Position numbers and translations under genes: made by a program. From NCBI GenBank assembly GCA_049287045.1, contig JBAQFC010000009.1, forward strand, positions 946-64,945: a stretch of DNA of 64,000 nucleotides, in the 5' to 3' direction. Within the stretch, counting starts at the first letter, position 1, and every line of letters begins with the position of its first letter. Positions 1 through 9,842 of this stretch are shown piece after piece. The notes under the pieces are model-generated. The model saw only the letters and a program-made list of their open reading frames with translations, did no database searches and had not been told where the DNA came from. This DNA comes from Minisyncoccia bacterium (lineage in GTDB: Bacteria > Patescibacteriota > Minisyncoccia > Phycocordibacterales > UBA9973).

Positions 1-2
1 TC

Positions 3-161
3 ATTGTTACCCAGGGCAAAACTTTTGAAGAACTGTTAAGCAATATTAAAGAAGCTACTGCACTTTATATGGAAGGCGAAAACTCCGCAGAGATCGGACT
101 TTCCGCAACTCCATCACTTTTAGCAAACTTCGAAATTCCACAACAGGTATATGTCTCATAA
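3..161 (+). CDS. HicB-like antitoxin (UPF0150 domain), N-terminally truncated by window edge
   Basis: Frame-3 translation ...VTQGKTFEELLSNIKEATALYMEGE... matches HicB N-domain consensus (FTQGDTLEEALENAKEALELHLEG); overlaps hicA start by 11 nt. Confidence 0.5.
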   Translation: MVTQGKTFEELLSNIKEATALYMEGENSAEIGLSATPSLLANFEIPQQVYVS

Positions 162-393
162 ACTACGCCAATTGTCAGGCAAACAAGTGGTCTCCATTTT
201 TGAAAAATTCGGATATGAAGTCAGTAGCCAACATGGAAGCCATATAAAAATGAAAAGAGCAGAAAGCAGGATTGTTTTAATCCCTAACCATTCAATTACT
301 GACAAAGGAACACTCAAAGCCATATTCAATCAGGCTTTAGCAATAATTCCCGAAAAAGAAATAAAAAAATATTTTTACTCGGAAGACCGTTGA
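151..393 (+). CDS. hicA: HicA-family mRNA interferase toxin
   Basis: 80 aa; GSHIKMKR...VLIPNHSITDKGTLKAIFNQA matches HicA (GSH..K...VP.H...GTLK.I..QA). Confidence 0.65.
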   Translation: MSHKLRQLSGKQVVSIFEKFGYEVSSQHGSHIKMKRAESRIVLIPNHSITDKGTLKAIFNQALAIIPEKEIKKYFYSEDR

Positions 394-551
394 GAAATTT
401 AGAAAACACACTTGACAAACCCATTATTCTTATGATAGACTTATTGTATTATTATTTAATATAGCCAATTATATATTTCCATTTATGGCATACAGCCATT
501 GATTTCCGAAAGGGGATTATCCTTACAGATAAATGGGTTTTTAAAAAGGTA

Positions 552-578
552 TTGACATTTCAGCAAATCTGCTATAAT
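552..578 (+). promoter_or_regulatory. sigma70-like promoter upstream of recombinase (TTGACA-15nt-TATAAT)
   Basis: ttgaca at 552-557, tataat at 573-578; followed by ~110-nt leader with several hairpins. Confidence 0.45.
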
Positions 579-603
579 GCCAGTGTCAGCATCTGCTGAT
601 CGT

Positions 604-684
604 CCCCAATAGTATATTTGGGACACGAAACCGCCTATTGAAACCCACAAGGTCTGTAAGCCGAGTGGACGTAAATAGGCGGTT
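604..684 (+). other. Structured leader / possible att-like site: 12-bp perfect inverted repeat aaaccgcctatt...aataggcggttt flanking 37 nt, plus two small hairpins
   Basis: seen directly: cgaaaccgcctattgaaaccc...gtaaataggcggttttgcg immediately 5' of recombinase start. Confidence 0.4.
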
Positions 685-1572
685 TTGCGTTTTATGCATG
701 AAAGAATACAAGAGTATTTAGAATGGAAGGGGACTTATGCTCACAGGGCAAGCATCAATTATAAGATATGGCTGAATCATTTCCTGGCTGTTTGCGGTGA
801 TAAAACCATAGAGGAATATAATTCAGGAGACATTGTAAAATATCACAGGTGGCTTGAAGTGCATTATAGCTCCTATAGCATTCAGTATGCGATGGTTGTT
901 TTGAAAAACCTCTTTAAGTTTTTCAAACTCCGTGACTGCAAATGCCTTTCACCCGAACTGATACGACTGCCAAGAATTAAAATCAAATCTCATCGAGCTG
1001 TGGCAGAAATCGAATACAAAAAAATCATTGATGTGATTCCAACCAAAGAATTTCTTCAATTAAGAGATTCCATCCTGATCCGTTTGCTATGGGACACGGG
1101 AGTGAGAGTTTCAGAGCTATGCGATTTAGACACTTCTCAAATAGATGAAAACAAAACCTCAACTATTATCTTCACCAAAAAGACCGGAAATAAACGTGCT
1201 ATCATGTGGTCGGCTGAAACGCATCGCCTCCTCATGAAGTATATACCAATGCGTATGGAATTAGAAAAGATCAACGGAGCATCCGCCTTGTTTGTCGGCA
1301 GAAGCCGCAACAATAGATGGAGTCTGAGATTATCTCCCAGAACCGTTGAACGGATGACTAGGCACTATGTTGATCAGGCAGGTATCAAAGAAAGAATCAC
1401 TCCGCATAGCTTTCGACATGGTTGGGCACATAAACGCAGGGATAATAATGCACCTCTTGCATTTATCCAAAAGGGCTTGGGGCACAGCAACCCAATATCC
1501 ACATTTGTTTATCAGCAATATGAAGACAAAGAGTTTATGAAAAATGCCAGGCAATATTTAGAAGCGGCATAA
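685..1572 (+). CDS. Tyrosine-type site-specific recombinase/integrase (XerC/D-phage integrase family)
   Basis: 295 aa; LLWDTGVRVSEL, HSFRHGWA, LGHSNPISTFVY (R..HxxR..Y catalytic signature); ORF track start is TTG at 685, first ATG at 694. Confidence 0.8.
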   Translation: MRFMHERIQEYLEWKGTYAHRASINYKIWLNHFLAVCGDKTIEEYNSGDIVKYHRWLEVHYSSYSIQYAMVVLKNLFKFFKLRDCKCLSPELIRLPRIKIKSHRAVAEIEYKKIIDVIPTKEFLQLRDSILIRLLWDTGVRVSELCDLDTSQIDENKTSTIIFTKKTGNKRAIMWSAETHRLLMKYIPMRMELEKINGASALFVGRSRNNRWSLRLSPRTVERMTRHYVDQAGIKERITPHSFRHGWAHKRRDNNAPLAFIQKGLGHSNPISTFVYQQYEDKEFMKNARQYLEAA

Positions 1573-1793
1573 ATGTTTTTCCACATGGAATAACTTGCAT
1601 AGCTAAAATCTATATGATAAGATTTTAGAAGAAATTGAACTTTCATTTACAATGTTTTAGAGTATTTTATAAAAGAGCTAACGCTCTTAAAATTTTTCAA
1701 TGTTGATTACCGCAAAGATATATTGTGCGACGTACCTATAATATAATCCCCTTTGAATATATACTTCAAATATAGAGATTATAAAGAGACCTT

Positions 1794-2237
1794 TTATTTA
1801 CACGAGCTTGAGAGCTCATACCCACTCTGTTCAGCCTCAGTTGATGAACTAAAATAAATTCTATTTTCTTCTTTAATAGTTTTTCCTGCAGAGCACCCGA
1901 TTGAATAATATTTTTGTCCCCTTTTGGAAGCAAAATAATTTTGAGAGGTTTTTTGTACTATATTAGAATTAGGAGTTTTGGGTGTTGTAGACTCTGTTGA
2001 TCTTATGACGCTAGCTTCCTGGTTTTCGTATGATATTTGTACACCAGAAGATGTGCTATCCTTAGATAATCTACCTATTCCAAATGAGCCTAGACCTACT
2101 AAAACAACGATAATAACCGTTAAAATATCCTTTCCATTATCACTTTCTATAAAATACTTGATTTTTTCCATAGAATTGTTTATACTTGATTTACATTTCT
2201 TATAGAAGAATTTTAGCATTAAATAACATAAAAGCAA
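1794..2237 (-). CDS. Hypothetical membrane-anchored protein; C-terminal Cys-containing motif ([32 protein letters not shown]...C) reminiscent of Ada-type metal-binding domain
   Basis: ORF; single TM ([17 protein letters not shown]); probable true start at internal Met (MEKIKYF, ~2171). Confidence 0.35.
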   Translation of the reverse strand: MLLCYLMLKFFYKKCKSSINNSMEKIKYFIESDNGKDILTVIIVVLVGLGSFGIGRLSKDSTSSGVQISYENQEASVIRSTESTTPKTPNSNIVQKTSQNYFASKRGQKYYSIGCSAGKTIKEENRIYFSSSTEAEQSGYELSSSCK

Positions 2238-2241
2238 TTAT

Positions 2242-2517
2242 ATGGCACATAGAAAAGCCGGCGGAACCGCCAAAAATTTAAGAGACTCAAACCCACAATA
2301 CCTAGGTACTAAACTTGCTGATGGCCAGAAGGCTCAGCCTGGTTCTATTATCATCCGCCAAAGAGGTACAGCTATCATGGCTGGTACTAATGTCGGTATT
2401 GGTAAGGATCATACCCTTTTTGCTCTAAAGACTGGTACAGTCAAATTTGGATCTAAACGAAAGACATCCTTCAATGGTAAAACTGTTGTAAAAAAAGTTG
2501 TAAATGTAGTCTTGTAA
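2242..2517 (+). CDS. rpmA: 50S ribosomal protein L27
   Basis: [24 protein letters not shown]...IIIRQRGT typical L27 N-terminus and core. Confidence 0.9.
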   Translation: MAHRKAGGTAKNLRDSNPQYLGTKLADGQKAQPGSIIIRQRGTAIMAGTNVGIGKDHTLFALKTGTVKFGSKRKTSFNGKTVVKKVVNVVL

Positions 2518-2530
2518 ATATTAAATAAAA

Positions 2531-2558
2531 AAATTCCCCGAAAGGGGAATTTTTTTAT
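2531..2558. terminator. Bidirectional rho-independent terminator between convergent rpmA and rplI
   Basis: aaaaaattccccgaaaggggaattttttt. Confidence 0.7.
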
Positions 2559-3001
2559 TATAACTTTTCGATTATGAGCTTAAAAGAAGATTTTTTACCC
2601 CTTATCTGAATAGGGATTTCGAACTCCCCTATTTCTTTAATTGGTTTTTCTAGGATAATAAATTCTTCATTTATTTCAGCGCGATGTTCTATTCTCATTG
2701 CTTCTGCAATTTCTTTTTTATGAATTGCAGAAAAGAGATTTCCTTTTTCATTTGATTTACCTTTTATAGTAATTACTTTTCCTTTTATTTCTTCAAGATT
2801 TTTTTCCAAGAGTTCCTCTTGGATTTCTCTTTCAACTATAATCTCTTTTTTACGTTTTTCAAGTTCAAGTGCTGCTTTTGGTGTTGCTATAACAGCAAGT
2901 TTTCTTGGTAATAAGAAGTTTGCAGCATAACCATCGTTCACTTCTTTTATATCGTGTCTTTTTCCAACCTTTGGAACATCACTCAATAGAATTACTTTCA
3001 T
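2558..3001 (-). CDS. rplI: 50S ribosomal protein L9
   Basis: MKVILLSDVPKVGKRHDIKEVNDGYAANFLLPRKLA typical L9. Confidence 0.85.
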   Translation of the reverse strand: MKVILLSDVPKVGKRHDIKEVNDGYAANFLLPRKLAVIATPKAALELEKRKKEIIVEREIQEELLEKNLEEIKGKVITIKGKSNEKGNLFSAIHKKEIAEAMRIEHRAEINEEFIILEKPIKEIGEFEIPIQIRGKKSSFKLIIEKL

Positions 3002-3028
3002 TTTTTTTATTTCGTTTATTTAGTAATA

Positions 3029-4237
3029 CTAATTATTTAATAAATTAACTGCCTTCTCTAATTGTGGATCTTTTTTAAGTTCAGCGTCTTTTTGAGTATA
3101 TTCAACTTTATAATCCGGTGTTAATCCTTTTTCAGAGATTGAGTTACCTTTTGGTGTTAACCATTTTGCTACTGTTATCTTTAAAAGAGTATCTGGTGTT
3201 ATGTTTATTACTTCTTGTACTGATCCTTTTCCATAACTTTGTATTCCGACCAATTTTGCTTTTCCATAGTCTTGCATGGCACCAGCAAGAATTTCTGAAG
3301 CCGAAGCTGAACCACTATCCATTAATATCACAAACTTTAATTTATCAGTAAAAACATCATAACCAGCACTTCTATATTGTTTAGCTTTTTCACTATTTCC
3401 ATAATCTTCAGTAACAACAACTTTTCCTGATGGTAAGAACCAACTTGCCATACTTACGGCAGCATCAAGATACCCACCTGGGTTACCTCTTAGGTCAAGA
3501 AGCATTTTATCACTTTTTGAATCAGCAAACTTTTTTATAGCATCTCGGAAAAGATCAGCAGAAGTTGCAGAAAAGCTATAAAGTTTTATTACGAAAATTC
3601 CATCAGGACGTAGTTCAGTATCAAGTGTTGGTATATTGATGGTGTCACGTACTATTTTTATTTCCCTTGGTGCTTTTTCACCATCTCGAAAAATAGTAAG
3701 TGCAACTGTTGTACCTTTTTCACCACGAATAAGTTTTATTGCTTTTTCAATACTTAAATCGGAAGTTATTTTAGCATCAATTTTTAAAATTCTATCTCCA
3801 GGCTTGATATTTGCTTTGTACGCTGGAGTATCTTTAAGTGGAGCAATAACCGTCAGTATTTTATCTTTTATACCAACCTCCATTCCAACACCACTGAAAT
3901 TACCGGCAATATCATCTTGAAACATTTTTGCTTCTTCTGGGGCAAAGAATACGCTGTATGGGTCATTTAAAGAGCCTACAAGGCCTGAAATGGCTCCATA
4001 AACTCTATTTTGGTCAGTTATCTTGCTAGCGTTTGGTGACTTTTCATTTATTGTGTTCCATGCTTTCCAAAATGGTGAAAAATCCGCTTGAGTTGCAACT
4101 TCAGTTTCTTTTCCTAGGACGGATGCTTTACTTATCTCAGTGCGGTTATGGAATCCTATATAAATACCAAATGCAAAAAAAATTGCAACTAGTAAAATTA
4201 TTGAGCTATTTTTTCTTATTTTAAAATATTCAAACAT
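3029..4237 (-). CDS. Carboxyl-terminal processing protease (S41 peptidase with PDZ)
   Basis: GVGMEVG...KPGDRILKID (PDZ), LDLRGNPGGYLD, SGSASASEILAGA...YGKGSVQ (S41 motifs); N-terminal TM. Confidence 0.85.
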   Translation of the reverse strand: MFEYFKIRKNSSIILLVAIFFAFGIYIGFHNRTEISKASVLGKETEVATQADFSPFWKAWNTINEKSPNASKITDQNRVYGAISGLVGSLNDPYSVFFAPEEAKMFQDDIAGNFSGVGMEVGIKDKILTVIAPLKDTPAYKANIKPGDRILKIDAKITSDLSIEKAIKLIRGEKGTTVALTIFRDGEKAPREIKIVRDTINIPTLDTELRPDGIFVIKLYSFSATSADLFRDAIKKFADSKSDKMLLDLRGNPGGYLDAAVSMASWFLPSGKVVVTEDYGNSEKAKQYRSAGYDVFTDKLKFVILMDSGSASASEILAGAMQDYGKAKLVGIQSYGKGSVQEVINITPDTLLKITVAKWLTPKGNSISEKGLTPDYKVEYTQKDAELKKDPQLEKAVNLLNN

Positions 4238-4273
4238 ATTGAAGTTATGATATTAGATTTTTATTAATACAAA

Positions 4274-4555
4274 CTATTCGTTAAGGTTATTTTGTGATTC
4301 TTCTGTATTTTGGTTTTGATCTTCGGTTTGATTTATTTTTTTCTTAAAATTATGGTTTTCAGAAAAATTATCGAAAGATGTCTGTTTTTTGCCTTTTTCT
4401 GTCATTTTAAACTCTTTATATAAAATATAAGAAAAATACATGAGTACCAAGCCTGTTAATGTAAATAAGGTATTTTTCCAAGCATATGGAAAACCTAAAT
4501 AAGGCAGTACTGTTACCCAAATACCCAACGTTAAAAGTGTTCTTGCTTTTTGCAT
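4274..4555 (-). CDS. Hypothetical small membrane protein (2 TM)
   Basis: ORF only; hydrophobic N-terminus. Confidence 0.3.
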   Translation of the reverse strand: MQKARTLLTLGIWVTVLPYLGFPYAWKNTLFTLTGLVLMYFSYILYKEFKMTEKGKKQTSFDNFSENHNFKKKINQTEDQNQNTEESQNNLNE

Positions 4556-4619
4556 TTATGCATTATACCGCGCGAGTATATAAATTTGCAACAAATTTAT
4601 TGTTGACTATTTTCATTTT

Positions 4620-6338
4620 TTACTTGAAATATTCCGGTGTATTTAAAGACATCCAGTCTAAAAGTTGGCGCATCACATATGGAGCCCCTACACCATTGGT
4701 GGAAGGACCAGATTCCATAAGAATAGTAAAAGCATATTTTGGATTTTCGTAAGGAAAGAAACCCATTACCCAAGAGTTAACTTTGTTTTTTGCGACACCG
4801 AGCTGGGCAGTACCAGTCTTGGATGCGACTTGAACATAAGGGACATTTAGTGCAACAGAAGTACCAACTTGAACACCTCTTCTCATTCCTTCGTGGACGA
4901 CATCAAAGTATTCTTTCTTTAAATCTATTTTTGTAACTTCCGCTTCTCTTATTGTATCTCCCAAAATAAAATGAGGAGTAACAAGTTTGCCATAATTCGC
5001 GATAGCTCCAGCAGCTCTTACCATTTGAAGCGGTGTTACTTGAAATCCATATTGCCCAATAGCGGTATGATAAGTGTCTCCGATACGCCAGGGGTCATTT
5101 TGAAACTTTCGAAGTTTCCATTCAGGGCTTGGTATGGTTCCTCCTATTTCATCTGGTAAATCAACATTTGTTTTTTCACCTATACCAAAAAGTTCGGCAT
5201 ATTTTTCAATATTACCAATACCAAGTCCTTTTTGACCTTCAAAACCACCACCAATTTCATAAAAATAAACATCAGAAGATACTGCGAGTGCCTGTCTCAT
5301 ATCTACCCAGCCATGGGCTTTCCAGTCTTTGAAAACAGTTTTTTGATCAGGGAAATATGGATTTGGTATAGATATAGAACCAGTAGAAAGTATTTGTTTT
5401 GTAGGATTAATAATTTCTTCGTTTAGAGCCCCTATAGCGAAGAATGGTTTTACGATTGATCCTGGTACATAAAGTCCAGAAATAATTTTATCAATAAAGA
5501 CTCCTCTTTTGTCCGTAAGATAACCTTTGATTGTTGTAGCGTCTTTTCCGAGAGAAAGTATTCCTGAATCGTATTCAGGGAAACTGACAGATGTTATGAT
5601 CTCTCCTGTATTTATATCCATAATGACGCCAGCACCACCTTTAAAAGAATTACTTTCAGATAATTTTTTAATAAAAGTAAATAATTGACCTTGGATACGT
5701 GAATCGACTGTTGTTATAAGATCCGCACCTCGTATTGGAGCGTTTACAGTATTTTCTGACTGCACAGTCTTGCGAGCATTCATTTCGACTATCTTTGTCC
5801 CATTTTCACCTTGTAATATATCATTATATTCTTTTTCTATTCCATCCTTACCGGTAAATTCATTACGCCAATAATTTCCAGATTTGTCCTTGGCTGGGTA
5901 ACTTACGTACCCTAGAATGTGTGAAAACCCTGGTGTTAGATACACACGACTAGAAAATTCTTCACCATCGTTGCTTTGTAGTGTAGTGTCTCCTGTTTTT
6001 TTATTCCAAACTAATTCCTTTTTGTTTCTATCATAAATAATTCCTCTATCAGCAAAAATTACTTGCTTTTTTAATGTATTGTTTTCACTTCTATTGAAAT
6101 ACATTTCACCTTTATGTATTTGTAGATAGATTAGTCGTGTAGAAAAAATAAGAGCACAAAATACAAAAGAAATACTTAGAAAAGTAATAGTTCTTTTTGA
6201 AATTGGTTTTTCAATTCTACCTTCGAACTGTTGACTATCAAAATTTTGAAAATTCTTCGAATCAAGAAAAACCTCATCTGGTTCAACAAAAAAGTTTGCA
6301 TTTTTTATTCTTTTTTTTCTTAATATTTTACGAATCAT
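4620..6338 (-). CDS. Penicillin-binding protein 2 / class B peptidoglycan D,D-transpeptidase
   Basis: 572 aa; N-term TM; SIVKPF (SxxK), SSD, KTGTA motifs. Confidence 0.85.
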   Translation of the reverse strand: MIRKILRKKRIKNANFFVEPDEVFLDSKNFQNFDSQQFEGRIEKPISKRTITFLSISFVFCALIFSTRLIYLQIHKGEMYFNRSENNTLKKQVIFADRGIIYDRNKKELVWNKKTGDTTLQSNDGEEFSSRVYLTPGFSHILGYVSYPAKDKSGNYWRNEFTGKDGIEKEYNDILQGENGTKIVEMNARKTVQSENTVNAPIRGADLITTVDSRIQGQLFTFIKKLSESNSFKGGAGVIMDINTGEIITSVSFPEYDSGILSLGKDATTIKGYLTDKRGVFIDKIISGLYVPGSIVKPFFAIGALNEEIINPTKQILSTGSISIPNPYFPDQKTVFKDWKAHGWVDMRQALAVSSDVYFYEIGGGFEGQKGLGIGNIEKYAELFGIGEKTNVDLPDEIGGTIPSPEWKLRKFQNDPWRIGDTYHTAIGQYGFQVTPLQMVRAAGAIANYGKLVTPHFILGDTIREAEVTKIDLKKEYFDVVHEGMRRGVQVGTSVALNVPYVQVASKTGTAQLGVAKNKVNSWVMGFFPYENPKYAFTILMESGPSTNGVGAPYVMRQLLDWMSLNTPEYFK

Positions 6339-6598
6339 TTGGGGTAAAATTTGAGTTTCTTTTTTAAGAATTCAACCAAAATTAAAACAAAAAAAGAAAT
6401 TATTAAAGATAAAAATATGGTCTGAAAGAGTCTAGCTTCCCTCGCCCCAAAAAATAGATCAGAAATTAAAAATAAAAAAACAACCTCCCAAAAGAAAGAA
6501 AAAATAATAATTCCTAGGAATGCCAAAATGCAAGAAAGCCAAAAAGGCATAAACAGGATTGAGAGCAGTAATACGAAAAAAGATAAAATTCGAAGCAT
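6335..6598 (-). CDS. Small polytopic membrane protein (MreD-like position upstream of PBP2; speculative)
   Basis: 87 aa entirely hydrophobic; 4-nt overlap with PBP2 start. Confidence 0.3.
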   Translation of the reverse strand: MLRILSFFVLLLSILFMPFWLSCILAFLGIIIFSFFWEVVFLFLISDLFFGAREARLFQTIFLSLIISFFVLILVEFLKKKLKFYPK

Positions 6599-6636
6599 TA
6601 TGTTCTTATATTACACGCTTGGTAGAAAAAAACAAA

Positions 6637-7494
6637 CTAGAAGATCTTATGCCATATAAAACGGACAAGAAAGAAAACGATAATACTTAAAAGACTGTAA
6701 AATATGAGTTTATTATTAAAAATAGCTGAAGATAAAGTAAGAAAGAAAAGTTCTACATATTTAAATGGTTTTAAAAATTTACTTTTATTTAATTTGGATG
6801 TAGTACTATTTTCTACTGTGGTACCACCACTATCTAGTGTTTTAATTTCAGTTTTAGTTATTTCTTTTTTATTTGCTGAATTTGTGCCCATATATTCTCT
6901 GAATCCATCAATCGCACTTGCTGTCATTGATATAGGTTTAGCGATAAAATCAGGAGTTTTTTCGGCTATTAGTTTTTGAATATTTTGTATAGCTCCTATG
7001 CTTGAATTATCTGCGGTATTATCTGTATTAGAGTCAGGATTAGTAACTATTTTTATTATTTTTTCTACAGTACGTTCACTCTTTTCTGTTTCATTCTCGG
7101 TAAGAAGGATATCTTCATATTTTCCTTTTGATATTAAAAATTTAGCATTTTCAATCTTGCCATAAATTAAATGGTCACCAGCTGTCACTGTCCAATCGAT
7201 AAAAATATCTTTTACTCCATTTGCTGGCACTGTAAAATTTTTAGTACCTAGAAAGGTGGTTTTATCAAAAAAGATTACAGTACCCGAAATTTCTTTACTG
7301 TCTGGGTTGATAACTAGAGTATAAATTTTAATTTTATCACCATCTAGAAATGGGTCTTTAGAATATCTAATATTGGCAGATGCAAAGCCTACATTGGGTG
7401 AACTTTGTGCTTTAGCTATTCCACACAAAAATTTTACAGGGGCAAAAGAGATTAAAAGAATAAATAGGAATAAAATTATTTTTCTTTTTCGCAT
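6637..7494 (-). CDS. Hypothetical secreted/membrane-anchored protein
   Basis: N-terminal signal peptide, C-terminal TM helix; no recognised motifs. Confidence 0.4.
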   Translation of the reverse strand: MRKRKIILFLFILLISFAPVKFLCGIAKAQSSPNVGFASANIRYSKDPFLDGDKIKIYTLVINPDSKEISGTVIFFDKTTFLGTKNFTVPANGVKDIFIDWTVTAGDHLIYGKIENAKFLISKGKYEDILLTENETEKSERTVEKIIKIVTNPDSNTDNTADNSSIGAIQNIQKLIAEKTPDFIAKPISMTASAIDGFREYMGTNSANKKEITKTEIKTLDSGGTTVENSTTSKLNKSKFLKPFKYVELFFLTLSSAIFNNKLIFYSLLSIIVFFLVRFIWHKIF

Positions 7495-7560
7495 ATAGAT
7501 ATTCTAACATATTTTAATAATATATTTATGTCCGTGTCGTTTAATATTCAAGTGTATTTT

Positions 7561-8832
7561 TTATTTGTTTGCGGCTGATGTTCCTGCCACAAAACCTGTT
7601 GTCCAGCATAGTTGCAGGCCATATCCACCTGTGGGACGATCAACATTCAATATATCTCCAATAAGATAAAGATTAGGAAATATTCTAGAACGCATTGTTT
7701 TGAAATCAACTTCATTGAGTGGTACACCTCCACTAGAAATAACGGCCATATCTAGACCTAGAAGTTTATCAATATGAATTGGTATATTTTTAAGTAGATT
7801 AACAAGCTTCATACGTCCTTCTCGTGTGACACTATTACATTGCATTTCAGGATCAATACCAGAAAGATCAGTAATCACAGGTATTATTGCAGAAGGTATT
7901 AAACTAGATAGACAATTTTTAAATTTCTTTTTATCATTTTCTTTAAATATTTCTAAAAGCTTAAGATTAAGTTTTTCTTGATCTAGATTTGGTAAAAGAT
8001 CAAGAGATACCACAACATCACCAAAACTAAGAATATCACTGACATCTTTGCTCATATTTAAGATAGTAGGTCCACTAATACCAACATGAGTAAATAATAT
8101 TTTTCCAATTTTTGCAGATGATTTTTTTCTAAAATTTTGTTTAACACCATTAAGAAAAATAGTAAGTTTAATATCATTAAGACTGACTCCAGCTAATTTC
8201 TTGATCCACTTGTCTTTTGCAGCTAGTGGTACTAGAGATGGTGCTGTTTCTATGATTTTATGACCAATATACTTAAGCCATTTATATGCATCCCCTGTTG
8301 AACCTGTTTCTGGATGAGAAGTACCACCAGTTGCAACAATCACGGAACAAGCATAAATATTTTTATTTTTTATTTTTATGCCTGTAATATTTTTTTTATC
8401 ATCGGACATAATTAAATCTGTAACTGGAGAATTTGATAATACTGTGACATTATTTTTTTTAATATATTCCACCATCACATTCCATACCGATTGAGACCTG
8501 TTGCTCACAGGAAAGACACGTTGCCCCGGTTCTGTTTTCGTTTCCATATTTCGATTATGAAAAAAATCTAGTGTTTCTTTTACACTCCATTGTGAAAAAG
8601 CGGAAAATAAAAATTTCCCATCATCTTTGAATTTTTCAAGTAGTTTTCGGTTGTCGAATTCAGCATTTGTTATATTGCATCTGCCTCCACCAGTAATAAG
8701 GAGTTTTTTGCCTAGTGAATCATTTTTCTCTAGCAAAATAACCTTTGCGCCGAGTTCAGCTGCACGCCCTGCGGCCATCATCCCTGCCGGACCTCCACCA
8801 ATTACCATTACATCCCAAACAAAATCTTTCAT
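7561..8832 (-). CDS. BaiN/HI0933-family NAD(P)/FAD-dependent oxidoreductase
   Basis: VIGGGPAGMMAAG...GGGRCNITN typical HI0933 family N-terminus; ~420 aa. Confidence 0.8.
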   Translation of the reverse strand: MKDFVWDVMVIGGGPAGMMAAGRAAELGAKVILLEKNDSLGKKLLITGGGRCNITNAEFDNRKLLEKFKDDGKFLFSAFSQWSVKETLDFFHNRNMETKTEPGQRVFPVSNRSQSVWNVMVEYIKKNNVTVLSNSPVTDLIMSDDKKNITGIKIKNKNIYACSVIVATGGTSHPETGSTGDAYKWLKYIGHKIIETAPSLVPLAAKDKWIKKLAGVSLNDIKLTIFLNGVKQNFRKKSSAKIGKILFTHVGISGPTILNMSKDVSDILSFGDVVVSLDLLPNLDQEKLNLKLLEIFKENDKKKFKNCLSSLIPSAIIPVITDLSGIDPEMQCNSVTREGRMKLVNLLKNIPIHIDKLLGLDMAVISSGGVPLNEVDFKTMRSRIFPNLYLIGDILNVDRPTGGYGLQLCWTTGFVAGTSAANK

Positions 8833-8864
8833 AATTTATATGTTAGCATAGAAAAATTTTTTTT

Positions 8865-9836
8865 CTATTTTATCTCACAATTTACCTTAAGCTCTGCAAT
8901 GTCTGCCTCAGTCAAAGTTTGATTGTTACTTTGGTTCAATTTGTACATTATTGCTTTTGGATCATTTACATGTCCGAGACCCAATGCGTGTCCTAACTCG
9001 TGAGCGAGTACTCTCACTAGTTTTTCTCTATTACTAAATTCATAAATATCTATTTTTTTATTTACACCATCACTTTGATACACACCTTCTTCGAAACTCT
9101 CTCCTAGAGTGCCATTGATTGAATTATATTCCTCCACAGAAAGATTGAGTGTATTTACTAGGCGATTTAAAACAACAACAAGAGCGTTAATCTCATCAAC
9201 AATTTCATTAATATGAGTTTGTAAATTATTTAATTGTATTACTTCAGCATCTAGTATAGATTTATCTGTTTGCAGGGTATTATATTCTTTTTTTGGTGCA
9301 CCTCCTTGTTCATTCCAATATTTTACCTGTTGTTCATAAACTTTCTGTTTTTCATTAAAAATAATTACACGTTTTTCATAACTATTTTTAGCTGTAGCGA
9401 GCTGTGTTTTTAGGTCTGTAAATTTAATTTTAAGTGAATCATAAGATGCTTTGTTGTTCTCAACAACAATACCCACACTTGCGAGTTTACTTGTTGCTTC
9501 TTGTCGGTAATCGTAAACAAGATTTATTTTTAAATCTCCAGTATCGGATACATAAGTAAACAATTCCTTTCCAAAAGGTTTTTCCCATATGTTTTCCGCT
9601 TCAGATAAAGCACTTAAAAAATATTTTTCAGAAATACCAAACTTAGTATCGAAGGAATCAATCTTGTAGGTAATAGGTTTAGAACAAGGAGTACTTAATA
9701 AGCTAATATTAGTATTTATTTGACTAAAAATATTATCAAGGGGCGTTTCGATTTTAGTCCTTATGCTGTCTCCATATTGATACAAAATCATACTGATAAT
9801 TGCAATAGGAATAAAAATTTTTAAAAATTTTTTCAT
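8865..9836 (-). CDS. Matrixin-like zinc metalloprotease (metzincin), membrane anchored with coiled-coil region
   Basis: HELGHALGLGHVNDPKAIMY (HExxHxxGxxH + Met-turn); N-terminal TM. Confidence 0.7.
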   Translation of the reverse strand: MKKFLKIFIPIAIISMILYQYGDSIRTKIETPLDNIFSQINTNISLLSTPCSKPITYKIDSFDTKFGISEKYFLSALSEAENIWEKPFGKELFTYVSDTGDLKINLVYDYRQEATSKLASVGIVVENNKASYDSLKIKFTDLKTQLATAKNSYEKRVIIFNEKQKVYEQQVKYWNEQGGAPKKEYNTLQTDKSILDAEVIQLNNLQTHINEIVDEINALVVVLNRLVNTLNLSVEEYNSINGTLGESFEEGVYQSDGVNKKIDIYEFSNREKLVRVLAHELGHALGLGHVNDPKAIMYKLNQSNNQTLTEADIAELKVNCEIK

Positions 9837-9842
9837 AATTAT

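Noticed and set aside
1330-1554. 74-aa minus-strand ORF inside the recombinase gene
   Set aside because: Antisense overlap, no motifs
6335-7494. MreD/MreC assignment for the two genes upstream of PBP2
   Set aside because: Only positional analogy; the 285-aa protein has signal peptide plus C-terminal TM rather than MreC topology; kept as hypothetical with low-confidence note
8627-8851. 74-aa plus-strand ORF inside the flavoprotein gene
   Set aside because: Antisense to the conserved GGGPAG N-terminus of the oxidoreductase
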